Below the pieces are notes generated by a model. That model was not told where the DNA came from. It was given only the letters and a program-made list of their open reading frames with translations, and made no database searches. 64,000 bases of DNA. It comes from Sedimentisphaerales bacterium. Lineage in GTDB: Bacteria > Planctomycetota > Phycisphaerae > Sedimentisphaerales > SM23-30. Of this stretch, positions 50,190 to 61,300 are shown one piece after another; position 1 is the first letter of the stretch, and each line of letters begins with the position of its first letter. The DNA is taken from the NCBI GenBank assembly GCA_963663965.2, contig CAXXFK010000013.1:181469-245468 (forward strand). Direction: 5' to 3'. The position numbers and the translations under genes are program-made.

Positions 50190-51125
50190 ATGACAGAGAT
50201 GGAACATTCAAACGCTCGTAAACCATCCACGGCAATTGTGCTTTCGTTGATCATGCCGGGCCTGGGCCATATTTATTGCGGCAGGATTGTCAGGGGACTG
50301 GTACTTGACATGCTCAGTGGTATTTTGCTGATTATGGTGTCCATGGCATTGTTTTTCAGCAGAACCGGAATCAATCAGGCGATGGCAATTTTCGGTGGCC
50401 TGGCGTTGCTGGCCGTTGTTTTGTATGCCTGTTTCGATGCCTTTCGACTGGCTCATCAGACTCGTGATGATTTTCGGCGCAAAGATTATAATCACTGGCT
50501 GGTGTATCTTATGCTGATCTTGATGGGGAGCGGGGGATCGCTGGGATTCGCGTTGAATTTTCGTGAGCATTTTGCCGAGGCCTTTGTCGTGCCCAAGGCA
50601 TCGATGTATCCCACGATTGTTCCGGGTGACCGGCTCCTGGCCAGCAAGCGCAGTTATATTGGCAGTGATCCTCAACGCGGTGATCTGGTGATTTTTGTTG
50701 ACGCTGCCAATCGTAGCCAGCGATACATCAAGCGTGTCGTGGCGATCGCGGGTGATACTGTCGAAATGCGTGATGGGGAATTGTATATCAACGATATCCA
50801 ATTGGAGCGGTTGTCTGTAGGGAGCCGCACGCTACTGACGGATGGGATGGCCGGCAAAAAAGGGGGGAAAGATCTTTCCGGGCAGATTTACACGGAAATC
50901 AATGGTGATGCCCGGTATCGAATATTTCTGCGTGATCAGGGCAAGGATCGTGACCTGGAAAAGCAGGTCGTTCCGGCGCATCATTGCTTTGTACTGGGGG
51001 ATAATCGGGATGATTCGCTGGACAGCCGGCATTTCGGTGCGGTCAGTTATACGGCGCTGGTGGCCAAACCGGTTTATTTGTATTTTACCGGCAGCGACTG
51101 GCGACGGTCAGGACGTTTAAAATGA
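50190..51125 (+). CDS. lepB: Signal peptidase I with extended N-terminal TM region
   Basis: SMYPTI (Ser), YIKRVVA (Lys), FVLGDNRDDSLDSRHFG; N-terminal 'LSLIMPGLGHIY' TM module. Confidence 0.9.
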   Translation: MTEMEHSNARKPSTAIVLSLIMPGLGHIYCGRIVRGLVLDMLSGILLIMVSMALFFSRTGINQAMAIFGGLALLAVVLYACFDAFRLAHQTRDDFRRKDYNHWLVYLMLILMGSGGSLGFALNFREHFAEAFVVPKASMYPTIVPGDRLLASKRSYIGSDPQRGDLVIFVDAANRSQRYIKRVVAIAGDTVEMRDGELYINDIQLERLSVGSRTLLTDGMAGKKGGKDLSGQIYTEINGDARYRIFLRDQGKDRDLEKQVVPAHHCFVLGDNRDDSLDSRHFGAVSYTALVAKPVYLYFTGSDWRRSGRLK

Positions 51126-51361
51126 GGGAAAATAAAACGATAGTAAAATCTGAATTATGAGTAATTTAAGGAAAAAGAAGCCGGGATTCCCAGGCATTTT
51201 GGGGGCGGAGGGAGGTAACTTGTTAAAAAAGGGGATTTTAGGGAGAGTGTGTTGACAGGTTTGTGTGGGTGGGCTGGAATTATTTTTTTGATGTAACTAT
51301 TTTGTTTTTAGATAGTTGTGTTGAATAGATTTGTTTTTTGTAATTTTTTTTAAAAGTGCGG

Positions 51362-51485
51362 TTGACAAAGCCGGGGGAGGTTATTATATTCTCCCATCTC
51401 AACAAGAGATTGGTTGAACGAAGCCAAAAAAAGTTGAGAAAAAAAGTTAAAAAGTTGTTGACAGTAAGAAAAAAAAAGATAAACT
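51362..51485 (+). promoter_or_regulatory. Tandem rRNA promoters P1/P2
   Basis: P1 TTGACA(51362)-17-TATATT(51385-51390); P2 TTGACA(51458)-16-TAAACT(51480-51485); A/T-rich UP-like tracts; boxA-like GATCTTTGACAA at 51515-51526. Confidence 0.75.
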
Positions 51486-51720
51486 AACTCTTCTGTCGCA
51501 ATAAAAAGCGAAACGATCTTTGACAAGTAAACAGTTGTATGACGCAACGAGAATGTGGCCTCCTGCTGGCTCTGCTACAGCCGGTTGGAGCTGAAAAAAC
51601 AATAATCGAACGACTCGATTTATTGGTGTAAATTTTTCAACATTCTCGTGTACAGATGTGAGTGTTGAGCCTTTTTCGAATGCAAACGACATGCCTTCGG
51701 GTATGTCGGCAAACGATAAA

Positions 51721-53253
<1,533 letters not shown>

Positions 53254-53327
53254 GGGATACTAGAATACCGCTATTGCGGTATGGTGTCAGCACATTTCGT
53301 TGTGCTCATAACAACTGTTTAACGTAT

Positions 53328-53362
53328 AAAAGACCTGCCTTTCGGGGTGGGTCTTTTTTTTT
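53328..53362 (+). terminator. Rho-independent terminator directly after 16S
   Basis: AAAAGACCTGCCT-TTCG-GGGTGGGTCTTTT hairpin plus U9 tract. Confidence 0.9.
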
Positions 53363-53468
53363 ATGCGCATTTCTTTTTCCGGTGTAATTATTCTGAATGA
53401 AATAAAATAGGGGCGTGTAACGTTGATAATTTATGTAATTCGTTCAATATCAATTAGTTGTAAGGGAT

Positions 53469-55913
53469 ATGTTGATGAAATGGATGGTTGCTCTCTTCAC
53501 GTTACTGGGTTTGGTTCAATCGGGCTTGGGTGAAATTCATCTTAATAATTTTAATCAGGACTGGCGTTTTACTCGAGGGGATGTCGAACAGGGGCAGTCG
53601 GAGGATCTGGATGACAGCGGCTGGCGGGTCGTGACATTGCCGCATGACTGGAGTATTGAGGGGCCTTATGACGCGAAATGGGCGAGCGGGACCGGATTTT
53701 TACCGGGTGGGATTGGCTGGTATCGCAAGTCATTCCGGTTGGAGGAGGGCCAGCGCGACAAAGTTCTCCGGGTCTGTTTTGAGGGGGTGTATAAAAATGC
53801 GGAGGTCTGGATCAACGGTCATTATCTGGGCAGGCGTCCCTATGGCTATGTGCCGTTCGATTATGAAATCACCAACTTTGTCCATTTTGGGGATCAGGCC
53901 AATATTCTGGCAGTGCGGGTCGATCATAGCGATTATGCCGACTCGCGCTGGTACACGGGTTCGGGGATTTATCGACGGGTGTCATTGAAAAGTTATAACA
54001 AGGTTCATATCGCGCCTGATGGCGTATATGTGACGACTCCCAGGGTGACACCTGAGGAGGCGGTGGTGCGAGTGGAAACGGAAATTGTAAACCGCGATGA
54101 TCGAGACCGGGAAGTTGAACTGAAGACCGCGCTGATCAATGGTGACACGGCCAAAGCCGGTTCAGAAGCGCTGATTTTAAAGGCGGGTGAACATAAAACA
54201 GTGGTCAAGGACTATGTGATACCTGAACCGACCCTGTGGTCGATTTCCGGAGATAACAGCGGGGGCCGAGGATTAAGTGAAATAGTGACCGTTTTAATAC
54301 TCAGTCAAGATGAAAACCTGACTATCCATGACCGGGCCGATGTCGTCCATACGAGTTTTGGCATCCGTTCGATCCGGTTTGACCCTGATGCGGGTTTCTT
54401 TCTGAACGGTGAAAATCTGAAAATCAAGGGCGTGTGTGTGCATCATGACGGCGGTCCTGTGGGGGCGGCAGTACCTTTATGCATTTGGGAGGATCGTTTA
54501 ACCCAGCTGAGAGATATTGGCTGTAACGCGATTCGGATGGCCCATAATCCGCCATCGGTTGAGCTACTGGATTTATGTGATAAAATGGGATTTCTGGTGA
54601 TGGATGAGGCGTTCGATGAATTTACGCCGCCCAAGCGTAAATGGGTGGAAGGCTGGAATGCGGGGACGCCCAGTTACGATGGGTATGGCAAGGATGGATT
54701 TGCTGAGTGGAGTGTGCGGGATATCGAGGCGATGGTGAAACGCGACCGCAATCATCCCTCGATTATCCTGTGGAGTATCGGTAATGAAATCGATTATGCC
54801 AACGATCCGTTTACCCATCCGGTCCTGGGTAATGACTATAAATCGAATCAACCACCGGCGGAAGATCTGGTGAAATGGGGCAAGCCGCTGGTCGATGCGG
54901 TGAAAAGACTGGACAAAACGCGTCCGGTGACGGCGGCGCTGGCGAATACGCCGATGTCCAACGCGGTGGGGTATGCCGACCTGCTGGATGTGACGGGTTA
55001 CAATTATCAGGAAAAGTATTACCGGCAGGATCATGACACATACCCGGACCGTTGTATCCTGGGATCGGAAAACAGCCGGAATTATCCTGCCTGGCAGGCG
55101 GTAGTCGACAATGATTTTATTGCCGGTCAGTTTCTGTGGGTAGGTTTCGATTTTCTGGGCGAGGCGGGGGCCTGGCCGGTTAAATGTTCGCAGGCGGGCC
55201 TGTTCGATTTGTGCGGATTTTATAAACCGGCTGCCTGGTTCCGCAAGAGTTTATGGCATGATGAGCCGATGATTTACCTCTGTACGCGCCCAGGCCAGGG
55301 GGGGCGAAGGCGTGGCGGATTGCAGGAGCACTGGAACTGGCCGGAAGGGCAGGAAATGATGGTGGAATGCTATACCAATTGTCCGGAAGTGGAATTATTT
55401 CTGAATGATCAAAGTCTGGGGGCGCAGACTGCCGGACAGAAACAAGAGGGTGTTTTGACCTGGCGGATTAACTGGCAACCAGGAACATTAAAAGCGGTGG
55501 GGCGCAATACCGGTCAGGCATGTGAATACCAATTAAGGACTGCCGGACCGGCAAAGAGCATTCGGTTAAACTTGTTGCCGGTATGTGTGGAGGGTAATGA
55601 TTATTACGTTAAAGGGGATTATGGTGTTGAAATAACCGTGGTTGATGAAAACGGCATCATCGTGCCTGACGCGGACCATTCGATTCGCCTGAGTGTTGAA
55701 AATGGTAATTTACTAGCGGTTGGAACGGGCAATCCCTCTAGTCATGAAGACCACAAGGGATCTGATATCCAGGTCTGGCGCGGCAGAGGAATGGCATTTG
55801 TTGCGGTACCTCATCACGCATTAACGGGTTATGTTACGATTATCATGAAAGCAGAATCACCAGATTTGGAATCGGCGATTCTGAAGAAAAATTTTGGAGA
55901 AGCCTTCTTTTAA
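53469..55913 (+). CDS. Glycoside hydrolase family 2 (beta-galactosidase-like), secreted
   Basis: LPHDWSIE, GWYRKSF, SRWYTGSGIYR, KGVCVHHD, NAIRMAHNP, RDRNHPSIILWSIGNE, WVGFDFLGE. Confidence 0.93.
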   Translation: MLMKWMVALFTLLGLVQSGLGEIHLNNFNQDWRFTRGDVEQGQSEDLDDSGWRVVTLPHDWSIEGPYDAKWASGTGFLPGGIGWYRKSFRLEEGQRDKVLRVCFEGVYKNAEVWINGHYLGRRPYGYVPFDYEITNFVHFGDQANILAVRVDHSDYADSRWYTGSGIYRRVSLKSYNKVHIAPDGVYVTTPRVTPEEAVVRVETEIVNRDDRDREVELKTALINGDTAKAGSEALILKAGEHKTVVKDYVIPEPTLWSISGDNSGGRGLSEIVTVLILSQDENLTIHDRADVVHTSFGIRSIRFDPDAGFFLNGENLKIKGVCVHHDGGPVGAAVPLCIWEDRLTQLRDIGCNAIRMAHNPPSVELLDLCDKMGFLVMDEAFDEFTPPKRKWVEGWNAGTPSYDGYGKDGFAEWSVRDIEAMVKRDRNHPSIILWSIGNEIDYANDPFTHPVLGNDYKSNQPPAEDLVKWGKPLVDAVKRLDKTRPVTAALANTPMSNAVGYADLLDVTGYNYQEKYYRQDHDTYPDRCILGSENSRNYPAWQAVVDNDFIAGQFLWVGFDFLGEAGAWPVKCSQAGLFDLCGFYKPAAWFRKSLWHDEPMIYLCTRPGQGGRRRGGLQEHWNWPEGQEMMVECYTNCPEVELFLNDQSLGAQTAGQKQEGVLTWRINWQPGTLKAVGRNTGQACEYQLRTAGPAKSIRLNLLPVCVEGNDYYVKGDYGVEITVVDENGIIVPDADHSIRLSVENGNLLAVGTGNPSSHEDHKGSDIQVWRGRGMAFVAVPHHALTGYVTIIMKAESPDLESAILKKNFGEAFF

Positions 55914-57352
55914 ATCTCAAATTCAACTTTTACTGGATCGTTGGTTTTCTTGAGCCAATGATCAAGTTCCGCTTGCATTTGTTTGACAATCTGTGGTTTC
56001 AGTTCAGCCACATTTTTCAACTGATATGGATCTTCCTGACGGTCGTAGAGACTATCAGCTACTTTTCCATCTTTATTGAATTCACGTATGAAGGTATATC
56101 GATCAGTACGCACTCCGCGCGCTTTGCTATGGTCGCCTGCGAAGCGGATGTAAAAGGTTGACGTGGGGCGTTTTTGCTCGTTTCCAGTAATCGCTTTCGA
56201 ATAATCGGTTCCTTCCACGGCAGGGGGAATCTGATCGCCCAGTCCCATCAGGGTCAGCAGGGTCGGCATGGTATCGGGTACATTGATATGCAGGTTATCC
56301 CGGCCGACGGGGATTTTGCCGGGCCAGCGGATGATCAATGGGATACGGAACGATTCTTCAAAAGGAACTACTTTGGCCATGAGTCCCTGGCTGCCCATCA
56401 TGTCGCCATGATCGGCACTGAATACGACGAGGGTGTTTTCGCGTAGTTTTGCCTGATCGATGGCATTTAATATTCGCCCAAAGGCATCATCCACACCGGA
56501 AACCGCGGCAAAATAATCTTTCACATTTTTCGGACCGGCATTGCCACGGACATTCTTGCGGTTTAGAAGTTCTTCGGGTGTTTTATTGTCATAGAGTATC
56601 TTATACTGTTCCGGTACCAGATTGTAGGGACTATGGGGAGGATTCATTGAAATGAAGAGCGCAAAGGGTTTTTCGGGATCACGGAGTTGACCATTCGTAT
56701 TCAATATAAATTCGGAAGCAATCCTGGCTTCATGTATCGGAGAATATTCATCAAAAAAGGTCTTTTCTTCTTCGGGAGCGTTTCCGATCCAGTAATGGGG
56801 TCGCAAATGATTATTGTGGCAGCCATAGGCGTGCCAGAATGTGATTCCATGACGCTGTGGTCCGGGCGGGGTATAACAATCCCAGATGGCATTTCTCCAG
56901 TCATCGACAACTGGTACGCCCTGTGGTGTGTCCAGGTGCCACTTGCCCAGGTAACCGACGGTATAGCCGTTGTCGGCTAAAACATCCGTTATCGTTCTTT
57001 CTGACTGGCGTAAATAGACTTCCGGCCGGGATGAGTTGCAGTTGGTAGTCAGGCCGGTGGACCAGGGCCAGCGGCCGGTCATGAGCATGCCCCGGTAAGG
57101 GCTGCACAGGGGCCAATTACTGACCGCATTGTCAAAAACACGGGATTCAGCGGCAAACCGGTCAATATTTGGGGTTATTACGGGATCCTGTCGCATGAAA
57201 CCCATGGCCTGGGCTCGAAATTGATCCGGAAAGACAAAAACCAGGTTAGGATGGGAAGGCGAATGGGTATCGTTTGCGTAACTCCTTATGCAATAATGAG
57301 ATATTGACAGTATTGTTATTCCGGAACTTTTGAGAAACGATCGTCTATTCAT
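55910..57352 (-). CDS. Tat-exported sulfatase
   Basis: MNRRSFLK; PNLVFVFPDQFR; CSPYRG; GKWHLD; PPHSPY; SADHG. Confidence 0.92.
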   Translation of the reverse strand: MNRRSFLKSSGITILSISHYCIRSYANDTHSPSHPNLVFVFPDQFRAQAMGFMRQDPVITPNIDRFAAESRVFDNAVSNWPLCSPYRGMLMTGRWPWSTGLTTNCNSSRPEVYLRQSERTITDVLADNGYTVGYLGKWHLDTPQGVPVVDDWRNAIWDCYTPPGPQRHGITFWHAYGCHNNHLRPHYWIGNAPEEEKTFFDEYSPIHEARIASEFILNTNGQLRDPEKPFALFISMNPPHSPYNLVPEQYKILYDNKTPEELLNRKNVRGNAGPKNVKDYFAAVSGVDDAFGRILNAIDQAKLRENTLVVFSADHGDMMGSQGLMAKVVPFEESFRIPLIIRWPGKIPVGRDNLHINVPDTMPTLLTLMGLGDQIPPAVEGTDYSKAITGNEQKRPTSTFYIRFAGDHSKARGVRTDRYTFIREFNKDGKVADSLYDRQEDPYQLKNVAELKPQIVKQMQAELDHWLKKTNDPVKVEFEI

Positions 57353-57551
57353 AATAGAGATTCCTCTTGTTTCTGAAAAAAAGTGTTTTGACTCAATGAA
57401 ATCAAAAAAATATCAAAAATTTAACGAGATTTTCAGGCAAAATAATGATAATATGGATTTTCAGGTTATACTATAATAACGTAAATCAGGTTAAAAAAAC
57501 CGAAAAGTTAATAGAATTTGCTATTTTGACATAAAGCAATCAAGGGAGATC

Positions 57552-58058
57552 ATGATGAAGATGTCAATGGTTAAACATATAGTATTGGCGATTCTGGTGA
57601 CTGTGAGTTTTCTGAATGCCGCGGTGGTTACTTATACGGTCCAGCCTGGTGGAGAAGCAGATCACTGGGTTTATGAGTATTCCATTTATAACGATAGTAC
57701 CGAACCGCTTCAGGGATTTACGATCTGGTTCGATGCGAATCTGGCCAGTCAGTTTGTCGACGAATCGATCGCATCGATCAAATCGCATTGGGATCCGGGA
57801 TTTCAACATGGTGTGGTAAACAAGGGCGATGGTTTTGATGCCTTGACTTACGATGCCGGTATTTTGCCCAGAGAAACGCTTAGCGGTTTTTCGGTCAGTT
57901 TCAAATGGAATGGCGTGGATGCACCGGCCCAGCAGAATTTTGAGATATATAATCCGAACACCTTTGAGATGATTTATGAAGGCGTCACTGTACCAGAACC
58001 TGCCTCGGTGTTATTGCTGGCCGGTGGCACTCTGGCATTATGGCGAAAACGGAAATAA
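57552..58058 (+). CDS. PEP-CTERM sorting domain protein
   Basis: GGGAG RBS; signal peptide; C-terminal VPEPASVLLLAGGTLALWRKRK. Confidence 0.9.
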   Translation: MMKMSMVKHIVLAILVTVSFLNAAVVTYTVQPGGEADHWVYEYSIYNDSTEPLQGFTIWFDANLASQFVDESIASIKSHWDPGFQHGVVNKGDGFDALTYDAGILPRETLSGFSVSFKWNGVDAPAQQNFEIYNPNTFEMIYEGVTVPEPASVLLLAGGTLALWRKRK

Positions 58059-58315
58059 TCGCAATTATTTGAGAATTTTAGTATTTGGGGAACTGTTTTG
58101 TCCCTGGCGTTAGTATAGCGCATCGGGGTTTGTCGCGAAGTGATGGAGAAAAAATACCCGGTTTCCGGATTGTGTATTTTCTCAAAGATTTTTTGAGGAA
58201 GAAAAATGTTTTATGCCCAGTGGCATTTCGGTCTTGAAGGCAAGCAATCATTACGGGTTTGCTGTTTAATTAAAATCCTGGCATCCGATCCACGTTCTTT
58301 TCAAAGGAAAGTGTT

Positions 58316-61300
58316 ATGATCACCAGTACGTATTCGTTTCGTTACAGGAATGTTTATCTCTCGAAGATATTGGCATTGTTGTTAATGTCGACCTTTGCTT
58401 TGGCCGTATCCATTCCGGTTGAAGACGCATTGACTACCCGGATACCAACCCTGGCGGGTGATGGTTTCAGTGTGGCAGTATTCAAGGACGCGGGTGGCAG
58501 TACGCCATCACCCAGTCAAATCGAGGGCCGGGCCGCCAATGCCCGATTTATCAGTCCGACGATCGATTTTCCCAGTTATGCTAGTTCAATAAGCACCGGT
58601 AGTTCCATGTATGACTTTTTCCGGGATACTGTTGTTGCGCCCGATTCGATTGCGACCAGGAATGCGGGATATTTCATGTTGCGGAATCAATCGGCTCTGG
58701 TGATCACCGAATCTCTGGATCTCAATATGGATACCCCCGCAATTGATATTCAACTGGCCGTCGGCAGTGATGATGGATTTTATCTGGTAGTTGGCAATCA
58801 GTTTGTTGGCAGCGCCGGTGATCGGGGATTTAGCTGGTCTTATTATGACATTGCTTTCGATGCCCCGGGAGTTTATCCGATATATCTGCTTTATTACGGT
58901 AATACCTCCGGTTCATCCGGACTGGAGTTCAAATGGAATACGGCTCTGACAGGCGGCTATGCGTTTATCGACCCTGTTTACAGTTTTAGTTTATTGGACC
59001 AGAGCCTGGTGGATGATGCACCGATAATCCATCAGACCCCGGATCGAATTATCAGTGTGAATCAGGTTTATGCCGAGTCAACCCGTTTGAGCCAATTTTC
59101 CGGGGATGAAGTGTTTACGCTGGTGGAGGCCCCGGCAGGGGCAACCCTCGATCCAGCCACGGGTGTGGTGTACTGGCAGAATCCAGTGGAAGCTGTGGCA
59201 CCCTATAATTTTACGATTCGCGCGACCGGTGATTATGGCAGCGATGAAATGAGTTGGCGGGTTTTTGCCGGAGGCGATCTGACTGGATTGGAAACCATCG
59301 GGGAAAATGATACGACTTATGATGGGAGGAACCTGGTTATCAAGGGGCAGACCATCGTTATTGAGGGCGAGCATGATTTCAATGCGATTGGAATACTTAG
59401 TGATGAATTTGATGTGCCCGGTATTATCATCGTGCGAAACGGGGCGACAGAAGTTTCCCGTTTGAATATTACCTATGATTTAATTGTGGAATCAGGATGT
59501 CAGGTGAGCGCAGATGGCCAGGGATATGCCGGTGGCCAGGGACCGGGTTCCGGCTCGGCCGCTTCGCCCGGTCAGGTCGCGGCCAATGGCGGCAGTTATG
59601 GCGGTATTGGCGGGACGGATCGTTATGCCGCATCGACCTATGGGTCGGCGTTTTATCCGAATCATAAAGGTTCCGGCGGCGGCGCTTTTGATGATCAGGT
59701 GGGCGGCACGGGTGGAGGTATTGTCCGGATTATTGCCGATACCGTTGTTCTTGACGGCCAAATCAGCGCCAATGGCCTGACCGGATCAGGATCACTGGCA
59801 GGAGGCGGTTCGGGCGGATCGATCTGGATCGAGACTGCCGTGCTATCGGGCAGTGGTGTTTTCCATGCCGATGGCGCCGCTGCCGGCCATGGCGGCGGTG
59901 GCGGGCGTATCGCGATCTATTACGCTGAGGGTGATGATTTCGACGGCTTTGCCGATTCCAGCGCCGATGGCGGCCGGGGTATCCGGCATGGTCAGGAAGG
60001 CACGGTGGGCTTCTTCAATACGGGAGGCACTGAACCGGCTCTGGATGTTTATCACCGATTTGTTTGTGAAGATAGCGTTGCTGTCACTTCATTTGTTGCA
60101 GATTGGGTGGTTGTGCATGACGGCGCCAGTCTGGAACTTAAGCAGGTGACGGAATTAACGGTTGCAGAATTTATTATCGCGCAAAACGGACTGGTAACGG
60201 TTAATGGAATGGGTTATCAGGCCGGTGGAGGGCCGGGTGGCGGAACTGGGAATTTCAATGGCGCCGGTGGCGGCGGACATGGTGGAATCGGTGGCAGGTC
60301 TCTGACTTCAGCAGCAGGCGGGCCACGGTACGGTTCTTTTCTGCAGCCCATAACTCCCGGTAGCGGGGGAGGCAACGCCGGTGGTAACGGCGAAGGCGGC
60401 CGTGGCGGCGGCGCCATCCATATTATTGCCGATATGGTCCAGCTTGATGGCATGATGCAAGCAGACGGTTTCGTTGGGTACCGGTAACGGTGGCGGGGGC
60501 GCCGGCGGTTCGATTTTCCTGGAATGTCAGATGCTTTCCGGCAATGGTTCGATGCAGGCAAATGGCGCGGCTGCCGGTAATCTTTTGAGTGGTGGCGGCG
60601 CGGGTGGACGGATAGCCGTTTATTACGCTGACGCTTCCTCCTTTACAGGATTGCTCAATACGGTGGCCCTGGGCGGCAAAGGACGGACCTACGGTGGTAC
60701 CGGAACCGTTGTATTTATCGATACCTCAGTGGAGGGTTATGAACTGAATATCTATCGTCAGGCGGAACTGTTTGATGAGAATTCACCGGATCATGAATTT
60801 ACCTTTACCCGGGTTAACCTGTTTGACGGGGCCATTCTGGGCTGGGCTGACGCCCAACTTTTACAAGCCAGTCAATTGAATATTGCTGCCAATGCCATGA
60901 TACTGGCAGATGGTCTTGGTTATGCGGCTGGAAACGGACCGGGGCGCGGTCAGGATCATCCTGAAGGCGGCGGTGGAGCCGGATATGGCGGTGCCGGCGG
61001 CCGGGGGCAATACGCTTCGGGCGGGGACGCTTATGGTTCTGAAACAGACCTGACCCAACCCGGCAGCGGCGGCGGTAATGCCGATACCAATGGTCACGGC
61101 GGTGACGGTGGCGGCCGCATTAAGCTGGTTGTGACTGATCTGATGGTCCATAATGGCATTATCAGCGCCAACGCCATGAACGGTTCGGAGAATGGTGGTG
61201 GCGGTTCCGGTGGCGCTATCGATATTGAAGTGGGTAATATTATGGGCAGTGGTATCCTGCGTGCCCAAGGCGGCGCGGGGGGCAATTATTACGCCGGGGG

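Noticed and set aside
58089..58117. Second ECF-type promoter (GGAAC...GTATA) upstream of the giant surface protein
   Set aside because: The spacing (19 nt) does not match the 17-nt candidate at 49284; too weak to report.
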